A stretch of DNA of 64,000 bases from Candidatus Latescibacterota bacterium (GTDB lineage Bacteria; Latescibacterota; UBA2968; GCA-2709665), in contig OZ242180.1 in the NCBI GenBank assembly GCA_965205485.1, positions 3,456,001 through 3,520,000 of the forward strand. Reading direction: 5' to 3'. The translations under genes and the position numbers were made by a program. The notes beneath the pieces were generated by a model that saw only the letters and a program-made list of their open reading frames with translations, had not been told where the DNA came from and made no database searches. This document shows, piece after piece, positions 21,194-31,997 of the stretch (the stretch's first letter is position 1; every line of letters begins with the position of its first letter).

Positions 21194-21961
21194 ATGTCAG
21201 CACCTGTAATTGCCGAAGACCGAGCGTGGGAAATCGCAGACACTTTCGCTGCAGAGAGCCGTGAGGTCTTGGGCGCTCACCTGACGGCGGTTGTGGCCGT
21301 GGGATCGCTGCCTGCAGGTTCCTACGTCCCGGGCAGAAGTGATATTGATTTGGTCGTGGTTGCAAGGGACGCTTGCCCGGAAGGCCTTCTGTCTGAAATC
21401 AAGGAGATGGCCAGGCGATATTGGGTGAAGTACGGATTCTCAAAGGGATTCGGAGGATATGGCATTCATGAATCCGACCTCAGCCCTCCATTCGGCAGAC
21501 TCCACGATATGGTCTACGAGATTCTTCAACTCAAGCAGCAAGGACGGGTGATTCTGGGGCATCTGGACCTGTCGGCGATTCCGGATCCTTCGGAGGACGA
21601 TATGAGGCGGTCCCTGGCTGATCTTGTGCCAGACCTTCTCGGGGCCTGGAAACGCAACTTTCCGGCCCCAATCGACGTCGCCGACGCACGCGTCAACAAC
21701 ATCATCTACTGGCTTCGAATCTTGGTTTGGGACCGAACTGGCGAGTATGTTCTTGGTAAACGTAACGTCCTTCCGGCGTTTTCGAACCTGCCTGGTAGTG
21801 ACTCGATTCTGGAAATGTTGACCCCGATCAGATTGTACCTCAATCAAGAGTCAGATTGTCCGGGGGACGTCAAGCGTTACTGTCGGGAGGTAGAAACATT
21901 CGTCCTTGGCGAAGTCGAATGGGTTCGCAGGGCAGCACCTGATCGAATGTTGGAAGATTGA
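21194..21961 (+). CDS. Nucleotidyltransferase domain protein (AadA/ANT-like N-terminus)
   Basis: VGSL..G.YVPGRSDIDLVVV. Confidence 0.75.
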   Translation: MSAPVIAEDRAWEIADTFAAESREVLGAHLTAVVAVGSLPAGSYVPGRSDIDLVVVARDACPEGLLSEIKEMARRYWVKYGFSKGFGGYGIHESDLSPPFGRLHDMVYEILQLKQQGRVILGHLDLSAIPDPSEDDMRRSLADLVPDLLGAWKRNFPAPIDVADARVNNIIYWLRILVWDRTGEYVLGKRNVLPAFSNLPGSDSILEMLTPIRLYLNQESDCPGDVKRYCREVETFVLGEVEWVRRAAPDRMLED

Positions 21962-22113
21962 ACTTCCTGTCTTGCGTTGTAGCACTATCGTGCATTGGAA
22001 TTCAACAACCCGAATCACGGGTCGCAATTCGGGGCGCGGAAGCTTTTCTTTCCAGACTTTGGTTTAGTCTGACCCTCTTGATACTGCTTGAAGAGCCCCG
22101 CCCAGAGGCAGTA

Positions 22114-22914
22114 ATGGACGAGGTGAAACAACTGGAATCACTCATCGGGGCTGCGCGGCAGGATGATGCTCACCAGACCTTCTCGTACCATGGATGGGTC
22201 GTGCCAGAGTACAAATGCCTGTGCATGACAATTCCAAAGGTTGCCTGTACTACGGTAAAGGTGACGCTATACCATCTGGCTGGAAACCCGGCGCCGGCGG
22301 AACCGAACGACATTCACGGTCTCGACGTCGGGTTGTTTGTCGGGAAATACAGCACTGAAGAGATCATCGAGATGCTGACCTCGCCGGAATGGGTGAGATT
22401 CTGCTTTGTCCGCAATCCGTATCATCGGTTGCTCTCGGCTTACAAGTCAAAGATCGGGAACACGCGGGATACCCAATATTCATGGTTACAGGATGCAATT
22501 CGGGGAAGATTCAGCTGCCCTGACGATGATCAAGGTAGTGCCAACATGGTGACGTTTGTGGACTTAGTTCATTTCCTGTCAGACTGCGGAGGGAAGGTGC
22601 GATACGAGCTCAAGCCGGACGCCATCTTCGACGGACACTTCAATGCTCAGACTAGGATTCTCAGGCAGGACTTGATCGAATATGATTTCATCGGCCGCTT
22701 CGAGAATTTCGCCGCCGATTTCAAGACTGTACTGGCACGGCTCGGCGCTCCGGTTGAAACGGTCGCGCTTGTCTCGGAAAGGCGGAACGTATCGGCCCAT
22801 GTACCACTGGACGAGGTGTACAATCCCCAGTTGGCGGCTCTGACCTATGAAGTCTATCGAAACGACTTCGAGGCCTTCGAGTACGGCAGGGATAGCTGGC
22901 TCTGCGGATCGTGA
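22114..22914 (+). CDS. Sulfotransferase family 2 protein
   Basis: IPKVACT (5'-PSB) and FVRNPYHRLLSAY (3'-PB), YDFIGRFE; ATG 22114 with GAGG RBS. Confidence 0.85.
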   Translation: MDEVKQLESLIGAARQDDAHQTFSYHGWVVPEYKCLCMTIPKVACTTVKVTLYHLAGNPAPAEPNDIHGLDVGLFVGKYSTEEIIEMLTSPEWVRFCFVRNPYHRLLSAYKSKIGNTRDTQYSWLQDAIRGRFSCPDDDQGSANMVTFVDLVHFLSDCGGKVRYELKPDAIFDGHFNAQTRILRQDLIEYDFIGRFENFAADFKTVLARLGAPVETVALVSERRNVSAHVPLDEVYNPQLAALTYEVYRNDFEAFEYGRDSWLCGS

Positions 22915-22919
22915 AACGC

Positions 22920-22946
22920 CGGGCGCCCACAACGGACGCCCCTACA
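22920..22946 (-). repeat. GTAG-type REP
   Basis: Near-identical to 19133 and 31998. Confidence 0.75.
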
Positions 22947-23146
22947 ATGTCAATGACCGCCCATAAGCGGCCAAAACGGGATCGGCCTAGAGCGACCACT
23001 GCAAGATCGGCATAGTCAGGCCAGACCAGGCAAGGCGAGGAGACGTAAATACGCGCGAATCTATGGAAACATCGCCGCGATAATGACGATTGAAGACCGT
23101 TAGTCTGCCAGCAAAGGTATCGGGCGGGGTTATCAGGAGATGTCAG

Positions 23147-23554
23147 ATGAAGGATCAACTCGATTGCGTGAGGCATTTTCATGAGGTGTTCCAGTGTCAC
23201 CTGGAGCGAACACCTGTTGCAGAACTGCCTTCGGACACAAGCGAATGGCGTATCCGAATGTTAATGGAGGAGTTAGAGGAATATCGAGCGGCCGTGCGTG
23301 ACAATGGCATCGTCGAGATCGCGGACGCCCTTACCGACATGCTTTACGTGCTTATTGGTACATTTATCGCTCATGGGCTGCATGATATTGCCGAATCGCT
23401 TTTCGATGAGGTCCACCGGAGCAACATGAGCAAGCTGGATGAGCAGGGTAAGACCATATTCAGGAGTTGCGGCAAAGTGTTGAAGTCAGAACGGTTTTCG
23501 GAACCGAATTTGCGGTCGATCATAGCGAGGATCGGCCACGATGAGCCGGGGTAG
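23147..23554 (+). CDS. MazG-like / PRA-PH NTP pyrophosphohydrolase
   Basis: EELEEY, EIADALTDMLYV, EVHRSNMSK. Confidence 0.85.
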   Translation: MKDQLDCVRHFHEVFQCHLERTPVAELPSDTSEWRIRMLMEELEEYRAAVRDNGIVEIADALTDMLYVLIGTFIAHGLHDIAESLFDEVHRSNMSKLDEQGKTIFRSCGKVLKSERFSEPNLRSIIARIGHDEPG

Positions 23555-23595
23555 ATAACTGGATCACAGCGGGAAACATCGTTGGAATTGAAACC

Positions 23596-24147
23596 ATGTC
23601 TGAGAATATAACGCGCGGGAGTACGGAAGATCCGAATCCTGTCCAGCTTGGACTGATCCGGGAAATTCATGAAGCATTGACAGCGCGTTCCATCCCGCAC
23701 TGGTTGGGCGGGGGTTGGGCGTTGGATTTTCTGCTGGGGGAAATCACGCGCGTACACGGCGACGTCGATTGGGCAATATGGAAGTCAGATGCGCCGGATG
23801 TGACCGTTCGTCTCGGATCCCTGGGGTATTCCCGCCAGCAAGTCCGGCATCCTGAAGAACACATCGGGTTTTACAAACGCGATCAGTATGTCAGTTTTGG
23901 GCTGCTCGAGAAGACTTTGTCCGGGGATGTGGTTACATCCGGCCGTTGGACCGATTGGCCCTATCCGCATAGCGCCTTTTGTGCGCCGGAGGGACGGCTG
24001 GGTGACTTATCCTGCCCGATCCTCAGCGCTGAGGCCCAACTGGACGAAAAGGTCAACTTTCACAAGCACCCTGCCGGCGCGCCACTTAGAGAAGAGGATA
24101 TTCCTGCGATCGAGAGGCTGCGCAGGTACATTGCGGGTCGCCGGTGA
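23596..24147 (+). CDS. ANT(2'')/Lnu-like nucleotidyltransferase
   Basis: WLGGGWALDFLLGEITRVHGDVD. Confidence 0.8.
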   Translation: MSENITRGSTEDPNPVQLGLIREIHEALTARSIPHWLGGGWALDFLLGEITRVHGDVDWAIWKSDAPDVTVRLGSLGYSRQQVRHPEEHIGFYKRDQYVSFGLLEKTLSGDVVTSGRWTDWPYPHSAFCAPEGRLGDLSCPILSAEAQLDEKVNFHKHPAGAPLREEDIPAIERLRRYIAGRR

Positions 24148-24216
24148 GAATTGTCGGTACATCTCGAATCACGAATTCGTCCACGCCGGACTTCACGCAA
24201 TCCATTTGCCAGACGA

Positions 24217-24260
24217 GATGAATCGGCGGTCGAATGGTGAGGAATTTTCGGGACAGGACA
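24217..24260. mobile_element. Solo right end of the MITE seen at 49995-50155
   Basis: GATGAATCGGCGGTCGAATGGTGAGGAATTTTCGGGACAGGACA matches 50112-50155. Confidence 0.7.
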
Positions 24261-24276
24261 CTAATGGCAATCCAAA

Positions 24277-25062
24277 ATGATTGAAGATTCCTATCGCTTG
24301 GCAGCGAAGCATTACGATGCCGCATACAATGTCAAGGAGGACCTGGTCGACAGGGACTTCTATCTGGATCTGGCCAACGAGTATGGCGGTCCGGTCCTCG
24401 AGCTTGGCTGCGGGACCGGCAGAATCACTTTACCGGTTGCCCGGAAGGGTCTTGATGTCACGGGGGTTGACGCATCCCGTTCGATGCTGGCGGTCTTGCG
24501 GGCAAAGCTCGAAGAAGAACCCGCAGAAGTACAACGCCGGGTACGAGTCGTTCAGGGCGATTTCCGTACAGGCCGTTTTGGTGACCAGTTTCCTCTGGTC
24601 GTCATTCCGTTCAGACCCATGCAGCATATGTACACCGCGGAAGATCAACTTGCCGCCCTGAGAAACGCCGGTCGCCATCTGAAAGACGGTGGAATCCTGG
24701 CGTTCGACGTCTTCAATCCCCGCTTCGACAAGCTGCTTTCCGGTGACGGCGAAGAGCACCTGGAATTAGAGTGGCCGGAGGAAGACGGGAACGGTCGGAC
24801 CATCCGGCGGTATTTCGTGAAGAACGGGTACGACCCGGTCAACCTGGTGTTATCGGGCCGGTTTATCTTCCGGCTCTGCGAGGGCGACCATGTACTATCG
24901 GAGGAAGCCGAGAACTTCAAAATGAGCGTCTATACCTATCCACATCTCAAAGCGCTTATCTCCGCGGCAGGTCTTGGGATCGTGGGAGAATTCGGATCGT
25001 TTGACCGGAAACCAATAGGGCCGGAATCGCCTGAGATGATCTTCCTTCTGAAACGACAGTAA
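24277..25062 (+). CDS. Class I SAM-dependent methyltransferase
   Basis: VLELGCGTGR, HLKDGGILAFDVFNP. Confidence 0.9.
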   Translation: MIEDSYRLAAKHYDAAYNVKEDLVDRDFYLDLANEYGGPVLELGCGTGRITLPVARKGLDVTGVDASRSMLAVLRAKLEEEPAEVQRRVRVVQGDFRTGRFGDQFPLVVIPFRPMQHMYTAEDQLAALRNAGRHLKDGGILAFDVFNPRFDKLLSGDGEEHLELEWPEEDGNGRTIRRYFVKNGYDPVNLVLSGRFIFRLCEGDHVLSEEAENFKMSVYTYPHLKALISAAGLGIVGEFGSFDRKPIGPESPEMIFLLKRQ

Positions 25063-25152
25063 CGAGATGACTTCGCAATCTCCTGCCAGTGAATACGCGC
25101 AAGACCGGACGGCTCACCGGTATTCGATACTGACGATGTACGAAAGGGAAGA

Positions 25153-25671
25153 ATGAAGACCGTCGTCCGAATTTCAGGAATACTGATCATGCATGACGGC
25201 ATCATGCTCGTGAAGTGCGATGGTATTGACGACTATCTCCTGCCCGGCGGAAAGCTCGAGCCCGGCGAGTCGGACCTGGATGCACTACGTCGGGAACTTA
25301 TGGAAGAACTCAACGTTATACCGACGGAACCCGAATTCTTCGGCGAATACGAGCGTATCGGCTACCCTCCGGAAGCGGTGGAACGATACAGGGTGAGGGT
25401 CCGGGCTTACTTCACCGGATTCGACGGAGAACCGGTTCCGGACCGGGACGAGGTGCTTGAGATCGCCTGGGCATCGATGGCCGATCTCGAATCAGGGAGG
25501 TATCAATTGAACCCAATCTTGCGGAATCACATTCTTCCGGAACTCAAGCGACAGAAGAAGCTCTGTTTTCCTCCAGTGCCAACGCAGTCGACATCCATAG
25601 CCCATACAACCAAAGATCCGGAAACTCTCTTTCAGCCACCGTATCGTGCTTCAGGGCAGTCAGTAAAGTAG
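25153..25671 (+). CDS. NUDIX hydrolase
   Basis: PGGKLEPGESDLDALRRELMEEL Nudix box; the last ~35 aa may be read-through. Confidence 0.9.
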   Translation: MKTVVRISGILIMHDGIMLVKCDGIDDYLLPGGKLEPGESDLDALRRELMEELNVIPTEPEFFGEYERIGYPPEAVERYRVRVRAYFTGFDGEPVPDRDEVLEIAWASMADLESGRYQLNPILRNHILPELKRQKKLCFPPVPTQSTSIAHTTKDPETLFQPPYRASGQSVK

Positions 25672-25705
25672 CATCCCAAAACTTCAGCGCAGGGAGGGGC
25701 GCAGC

Positions 25706-26068
25706 ATGCAAAAGGTTCAGGGATTCGGCGGATTCTTCTTTCGGGCAAAGGACCCGGATCGCCTCACGAAGTGGTATCACGATCATCTCGGCATCAATCC
25801 TGCTCCGACGAACATGGAGATGACGCCATGGGTGACCGGGTCCGGGGTCACGGTCTTCTCACCTTTCGATGATGACACGGACTATTTCGCAGCGGATAAG
25901 TCTTTCATGCTGAATTTCCGCGTGGCCGATTTGGACGCGATGATCACACAACTGAAGTCCGCCGATATTGAGGTGAGCCACGAAAGCGAGATGGAGGGCA
26001 TCGGCCGCTTCGCCCGCATCCACGACCCCGAAGGAAATGCGATCGAGCTTTGGGAACCCGCATCGTGA
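25706..26068 (+). CDS. VOC/glyoxalase family protein
   Basis: GGFFFRAKDP, MLNFRVADLD, DPEGNAIELWEP. Confidence 0.9.
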   Translation: MQKVQGFGGFFFRAKDPDRLTKWYHDHLGINPAPTNMEMTPWVTGSGVTVFSPFDDDTDYFAADKSFMLNFRVADLDAMITQLKSADIEVSHESEMEGIGRFARIHDPEGNAIELWEPAS

Positions 26069-26121
26069 GATGAAAGCCTATGCTGGTCGGCGCGACGTCG
26101 CGTGAGAAAGCCGGAACCTAC

Positions 26122-26454
26122 ATGCCTGAATTCATCACCTTCAAACGCTGGTCCCTCAGAGACGGGCGTGAGGAGTCTGAACTCTTCAGGCTTGTCCGAG
26201 AGGAGATCATTCCTCACTACGAGAAACTTCCGGGCTGTCTCCGCCTGGGATTGTTGCAAATTGCAGGTACCCGTTCCTACCTTGCTCTTCAACACTGGAA
26301 GAATCGCGACACCTGGCGCGCAACTGTCGAGTCCGACGACTATGAATCCTGGTTTCAAGCGTACGCGCCAATGCTCGAGCGCTGGGACGAATTAATGATC
26401 TTTGAAGAAGAATGGGAGAGTGAAGACGTGCTAAACATCGGGAGCGGCGCCTGA
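26122..26454 (+). CDS. Dimeric alpha-beta barrel (ABM-like) protein
   Basis: LPGCL.L.L, YLALQHW pattern. Confidence 0.55.
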   Translation: MPEFITFKRWSLRDGREESELFRLVREEIIPHYEKLPGCLRLGLLQIAGTRSYLALQHWKNRDTWRATVESDDYESWFQAYAPMLERWDELMIFEEEWESEDVLNIGSGA

Positions 26455-26472
26455 CAGCGATGTATACCAGCG

Positions 26473-27057
26473 ATGACCATACATCAATTCGGAAATGAAG
26501 TCCTTGACGTCCTTCGGAGGCATCTGGGGCCGGGAAACGTCAACTTCCGCGGTTCATTTGCCTCAGGGAAGGTTGATGATTACAGCGACGTTGACCTCGA
26601 GGCCAGGGTCCATGTTGAGCTCACGCAGGGGTTTTTCGATTCCTTATCGGCGTGTCTGAAGAAGCATTTCGGAGCATTCTCCGTACGGTTTGATCCGCAA
26701 CAGAAGGGCGACCGGATGGCGCAGAACATAATGGTCAATCTTCATGAATATCCTTTGTTCTGGAGGATTGAACTCAATATCAAGTCGGACCAAGACACTT
26801 CTCAGAAATGGCCTTTGCCGTTTCCGGACTGGTGTGTCGCCACGTCCGCGTTCTGGAACGTCGTCTGGGCGGTAAAGCGAGCCAGGCGGGGCGAGTGTGA
26901 TGCCGGTCACTACGTGTTCAACGCATGCGAGAAACTGGGTCGCCCCGGTCTGGCGTATTCAGTTGAGAACGTTGAGATTTTGCTTTCGGAATTGTGTGAG
27001 TTTCACGACGTTGACAGGGTTCTCGTGTCGAGACTCCGCAACGAAATCACGCGCTGA
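26473..27057 (+). CDS. Nucleotidyltransferase domain protein
   Basis: RGSFASGKVDDYSDVDL. Confidence 0.75.
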   Translation: MTIHQFGNEVLDVLRRHLGPGNVNFRGSFASGKVDDYSDVDLEARVHVELTQGFFDSLSACLKKHFGAFSVRFDPQQKGDRMAQNIMVNLHEYPLFWRIELNIKSDQDTSQKWPLPFPDWCVATSAFWNVVWAVKRARRGECDAGHYVFNACEKLGRPGLAYSVENVEILLSELCEFHDVDRVLVSRLRNEITR

Positions 27058-27067
27058 GGACCGGTAG

Positions 27068-27869
27068 ATGGTTTCTGTCCTGGAAGACGATTCGGATCCT
27101 GCTATCATTGCTGCGATTGAGCGGAACAACATCGATCTTTTCCTCTTTGCGGCTACCATGGGGCAAAAGACGATACTGCGGGAAGAAGACTTCACCGGGG
27201 TCATTGGCAAGCCGTGGTGGCCGAACTATCTGGTCGAACCGTGTTTCAGGGAAGAAAACCTCGAAAGCCGAATCCGCGAGATCCGCGAAGGTATCGAGCA
27301 GAGGAAGCTGCCGCCGCTCCTGAAGTTCGGCCCGAGCGCGGCGCCGAAGAATCTGAGGACCCGTCTCCTGAACAGCGGGTTCGTAGCGATGGATCACAAT
27401 CCGCCGGGAATGGCGATGCGATTGGATGGTTTGGGCGAGGAGCGTCCAATACCACTCGACCTCAGGATAGAACGCGTGGGTGATGACGCCGGACTTCGCG
27501 AATGGTTGTCCTTTTTCACGCTGTTCGAATTCGATATGTTCAAAGTTCTCATGGATTTGCCCGAAGTGAGGCTCTATCTGGGGAGGATCGACGGTAAAGC
27601 GATCGGGACTTCGATGATGTTTCTCTCATGCGGGCGTTGCCGGGCTGTATCAAGTGGAAGTTTTGCCGGAACAACGGAGGCGGGGAATCGGGACCGCGAT
27701 GACGCTTTCGCCGATGGAGGACGCATGTCAACTGGGGTACCGGACCGCCGTCCTGCAGGCGTCGAAATTGGGGGAACCGGTGTACCGGAAGATCGGTTTC
27801 AAGTCGTACTTCAGGTACAATTATTGCCATCCGAAAGGATGTACGTTTGCGAGATTCATGGCCGCGTGA
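27068..27869 (+). pseudogene. GNAT acetyltransferase, frameshifted near 27632
   Basis: C-terminal VLPEQRRRGIGTAM...YRKIGF lies in another frame, ending at TGA 27869. Confidence 0.75.
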
Positions 27870-27948
27870 GAATTATCGCTGAGAAAACCAATAGAAATGA
27901 TCTCGTTTACCACACCTGAAACTGACAAATGAAAGGGGTAATTTCGCG

Positions 27949-28332
27949 ATGAAAATCATACTCAATGGCGTTTTCGTTGAAGATCAGGACAAGGCTCTGA
28001 AGTTCTATACCGAGACGCTGGGCTTCGTCAAAAAGCACGATGTGCCTGTTGGAGAATTCAGGTGGCTGACAGTCGTCTCACCCGGCGACCAGGAAGGCAC
28101 TGAGCTTCTGCTCGAGCCGAACGAGAATCCGGTAGCGAAGACATATCAGAAAGGGATATTCGAACAGGGTATTGCTGCGACCTGCTTCGGCGTAGACGAT
28201 ATCCGCGCAGAGCATGAGCGACTAAGCGCGCTCGGCGTGAAGTTTACGTTGGCGCCGACCGAGTGGGAGGACATCATCATGGCCATTTTTGACGATACCT
28301 GCGGAAATCTCATTCAGATCATGCAGCGGTAG
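27949..28332 (+). CDS. VOC/glyoxalase family protein
   Basis: VEDQDKALKFYTETLGF, WLTVVSP, DDTCGNLIQI. Confidence 0.9.
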   Translation: MKIILNGVFVEDQDKALKFYTETLGFVKKHDVPVGEFRWLTVVSPGDQEGTELLLEPNENPVAKTYQKGIFEQGIAATCFGVDDIRAEHERLSALGVKFTLAPTEWEDIIMAIFDDTCGNLIQIMQR

Positions 28333-28439
28333 AGCCTGGACCACGAAGCATCTCGCTCAACGTCACTCAGGATGACATGTTGCCCCTCAAATCTCCATGA
28401 AGTGTCTCAGAGACACTCGTACATGAGCTGTCCTCCTGA

Positions 28440-28488
28440 GGACTTGCCCTGAGCGTGCTTGCATTGAGCTTGTCGAAATGTCGAAGGG
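28440..28488. repeat. Nested CCCTGAG...GTCGAAGGG REP-like palindrome
   Basis: Exact reverse complement of the ~49-nt insert at about 6725-6773. Confidence 0.75.
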
Positions 28489-28653
28489 TGCCGTCATGCT
28501 GACGAGGGATCTCCTGCTGCGAGGGATAATGTCCGGGGCTCAATTGGTCGCCACGACCCGACAGGCAGCACAAGGTCTCCATTTATTCGAGGTATTGGGT
28601 CCGGCGAGTACAGCCGCCTTGCAGAAACTGGCGGGCACGGATTAGAGGCGACC

Positions 28654-29427
28654 GTGGATACCTTTATTAAGTCAGGAACCAGGTTTCACATCGAGGTCGG
28701 GATATCGTCTATGCCCGGACTTGTACGATGGACGACCTGGGGAAATCACGACATTCAACAGTCCTATCTGCTCTCCGCACGCGATGGAGCAGTTCTTGTT
28801 GATCCGATACAGCCGATAGGCAGACAGGCTCTGAATGCCCTGAAAAAATACGCCGACGGTCGATTCCAGGCTGTAATCTGCACGAGTCCGAACCATGAAC
28901 GCGATGCTGAGTGGTTCCGCGAACGTTTCAGGATACCGGTATACGGCCCTGAGCCCGCTCCTGCCCGTTCCCGCATAAGACTGAAGTCGGATGTACTATA
29001 TCGAGATGGGGAAATCCTTCCCGGGAACATTCGAGCGATCTGGTCAGGGGATAGGCGAGGTGAGATGTGGCTGCATCGGGAGACCTTCAACGCATCCGGG
29101 GTTCTGATTTGCGCAGACTCGATTTACGGTCAGTCCCGGAGGGGAGGCTTCGACGGTGCGACCGTATCGTATTGGATGCGGGAGGGCGGCATTCGGCTGC
29201 AAATGGATGGGGACGTCGGTCGTGGCGAAATGAAGCGCCGGTTTGAACGTCTTGTCGATTTCGACTTTGAGATTGTCCTCAACGGTCACAACCCGCGTCC
29301 TATTGAGAATGCGAAATCCGCCCTCGAGACAGCGCTGACTCAGGGTGAATATGAGACGCATCCCAAGGGCGCATTCAGTGTTATAGAGGCAGAATTATCC
29401 TGTCCCGGCAGACATGACGAGTCGTGA
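28654..29427 (+). CDS. MBL-fold-like hypothetical protein
   Basis: VLVDP, TSPNHERD, ICADS, LNGH; degenerate MBL motifs. Confidence 0.55.
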   Translation: MDTFIKSGTRFHIEVGISSMPGLVRWTTWGNHDIQQSYLLSARDGAVLVDPIQPIGRQALNALKKYADGRFQAVICTSPNHERDAEWFRERFRIPVYGPEPAPARSRIRLKSDVLYRDGEILPGNIRAIWSGDRRGEMWLHRETFNASGVLICADSIYGQSRRGGFDGATVSYWMREGGIRLQMDGDVGRGEMKRRFERLVDFDFEIVLNGHNPRPIENAKSALETALTQGEYETHPKGAFSVIEAELSCPGRHDES

Positions 29428-29932
29428 AACAGAAATCGATTCTGCTGTAATTCGTCGCGCCAGATCTGACGAAGCACCCAAACTCACCGCTCTGTCCCGC
29501 AGGTCCAAGGGATACTGGCGATATGATGATGCTTTCCTCTCGGCGTGCGAAAAAGAGCTATCGGTTTCTGAAGCAGAATTGGCGCACAATCCTGCATATG
29601 TGATCGAAGAATCCGGACGAGTAATCGGATTCTATATCCTCCAACCGCGCTCCACAAGCGATGTCGAGTTGACGTTTCTCTTTGTTGAGCCGGTTGAAAT
29701 CGGACGTGGAAACGGGGGACGTCTGATGCGTCATGCCATATCAACAGCATCAAACCTGGAATTCAGGACGATGCACATTCAAGGCGACCCGCATGCCGAC
29801 GGGTTCTATCTTGCAATGGGCGCCCGGAAGATCGGTACCAGACGTTCACAGAGCATTCCGGAACGCGAACTGCCTCTTTACAACATTGACCTGGACGTCA
29901 GGGAAGCGTCGTCTGATTTGCAGAGTGAGTGA
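29414..29932 (+). CDS. GNAT N-acetyltransferase
   Basis: RSKGYWRY, LFVEP..IGRGNG, DPHADGFYLAMGA. Confidence 0.9.
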   Translation: MTSRETEIDSAVIRRARSDEAPKLTALSRRSKGYWRYDDAFLSACEKELSVSEAELAHNPAYVIEESGRVIGFYILQPRSTSDVELTFLFVEPVEIGRGNGGRLMRHAISTASNLEFRTMHIQGDPHADGFYLAMGARKIGTRRSQSIPERELPLYNIDLDVREASSDLQSE

Positions 29933-29948
29933 ATTTTCATTCCGGCCG

Positions 29949-30037
29949 CCCTTCGCCGACCCTTCGACCCTTCGACAATCCTTCGGCAGGCTCTGGACAA
30001 CGGCTCAGGGACCGCAAGCTCAGGGAGCGGCTCCGGG
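29949..30037. repeat. Four-level self-nested REP-like element
   Basis: Four CCTTCG left halves followed by four GCTC(A/T/C)GG right halves. Confidence 0.7.
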
Positions 30038-30156
30038 CGCCTGCTCTGGATAGGCTCTCGTACGACATGCTCTGTTCCCGGGCTCAACAGAAAGACGCCG
30101 CCGTGATGGCCGCGCCTTGATTTGTCTCGATTAGCCTATCTGTTGAGATTACCGTT

Positions 30157-31430
30157 CTAATCGATCTTTCCGTGCCTGCGAAGCACGGCGTCGATATCGT
30201 CCAGCCCGTTCCCTTCCTGGTTCCCTCGAACTTCAATCCCGCGTTCAGCAGCATGTCGATCACGGCCGGATAGTCGGCACCGGGTCTCGGCGAATTGATC
30301 GCGAAATGCAGAACCGTGCCCATGGCGGTGCCGCCGAACTCGTTCCGCAATTCGAGCGAGGGGCCGCGATCGAGGATCATGGCCATGGTGTCGAGATGTC
30401 CCTGGGAAGCGGCCCACATCAGGGCGGTCATCTTCCACGTGCCCTGCGCGTCCACGTCCGCGCCCTTTGCCAGCAAGTATTCGGCAATGTCTGTCCGGCC
30501 GAACCGGCAGGCATCTTCAAACGCGGCTGCAAGTTCCGCCTCAGATACGCCCCGTTCTTCAACGAACTCCCTCGTCAGGTCCAACCGGCCCAGTCCCGCG
30601 GCCATTGCGACCGTCTTTACCTCCGCCCCCAGGCGCACCAGTGCGGCGGCCGATTCGGGATAACCGAATTTAAGGGCCAGACGTACCGGCGCGTCGTCTC
30701 CTTTCACGCCATTCACTTTGGATCCCGCCTTCACGAATATCTTAATCAGTTCCGTCGCCACACCCATATGATGCGGATGTACGCTGGTGACCAGCGCCAA
30801 CATGGGAGTGTCATCCGAATTGCCCATCCCGCACAGGGCGTCCACCTCCGCGCCGGCATCCAGCAATAGCCGCGCGATTTCGGGCGCATTGGCGGGCGAC
30901 CGCTGGCGAAAGTCCTCGATGCCGTTGGCCGCGAGGTAATACAACAGCGTCGCCCTGTGGATGCGCGCCGAACGGGCGTGGGCCAAAGCCGGGTTTTCGC
31001 GCAAGAGCGACCGGAGTCTGGCGAGGTCTCCATCGACCACGGCGTCGGCCGCGACCTCGAACTCGGCTCCCTCCGAAGTTTGGCGCGTTTCATCGTCGCA
31101 GAACCTGACGAATGCATCCCAACCCACAAAGCTGTGGGCATGCGCAATGAGAGCCTGGGCATCGGCCAGCTCAAACCCGGCGCCACCTTCCCTAGCCTCC
31201 TCCGACGTCTCGCGGGCGCTTTTTTCGACTTCGCCTATAGCCCGTTCCCAACTTCCCCGCACAAAGTCCGTCAGGTCGGGTCCGGAACTTCGGACGATCG
31301 ACTCGAGCCACTCGCCGCACCGCTCGGTCAGTGCGTTGGCATTCTCCGACTGTGCTGCCTCGACGAGTTCCTCAGCGAGCTTTGTATAATCTTTGAGAAC
31401 TGGCCGTGCGGGTAGTGGGAGTGTGTCCAT
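30157..31430 (-). CDS. Ankyrin-repeat protein; frameshift near the 3' end (~30203)
   Basis: ATLLYY, IARLLLDAGAEVDA, TALMWAASQGH; natural tail DDIDAVLRRHG is in an alternate frame ending at 30157. Confidence 0.8.
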
Positions 31431-31644
31431 GCAATGGTCCAATCGATAGAGTGTGGCACGAAGTGATTAGCTGTCAGCTATCAGCCGTCAGCAATCAGCT
31501 TAAAACAGAAACCGAATCAGGTGACGACCGTGCCATTATGTGGACGACCGCGAAAGGCGAACATCTTCCCCCGGGCCACAACAGAAAAAGCGAAACCGGT
31601 CTGATATCAAACTTAAAAAATCGCGGCCGCTGTTTCAAGCATTA

Positions 31645-31880
31645 TGCCCTAGCGCGGCTTCCCTTTGCACAACCGTAGCCAAATAGGTGGTCGGGTACGC
31701 TCGCGCCGGTTTGATGGACCAATCACTCCCCCTTGAGGGGGAGTCGCAGAAGCCGAGCCGTCCCCTGAGCCGTTGTCCTGAGCCTGCCGAAGGGTTGTCG
31801 AAGGGTCGGCGACGGCTGATGCGGTGGGGGGATTCCAACACCATTCCGTATGCAAGCAGCATGATTAAACATGCACGCAT
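31645..31880. repeat. ~230-bp dispersed element (copy 2)
   Basis: Colinear with 2209-2432, with a different nested REP. Confidence 0.75.
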
Positions 31881-31997
31881 TTTCGTTGAAGTCTTACTGT
31901 ATTACTGCAAGCCCGTTTTTCAGTTAAAATTACGAAGCATAGTGGTTTTGAAGCGATTGTGTTATATTGATGACGCGGCTGCGATCGTCGAATTGGC

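Noticed and set aside
29968..31805. Inversion of the sole minus-strand (ankyrin) gene between 43-bp inverted repeats (41/43 identical) at 29968-30010 and 31763-31805
   Set aside because: Each repeat sits inside a larger element that is still colinear with its paralog (41673-41736; 2209-2432). Recombination between them would have swapped those flanks.
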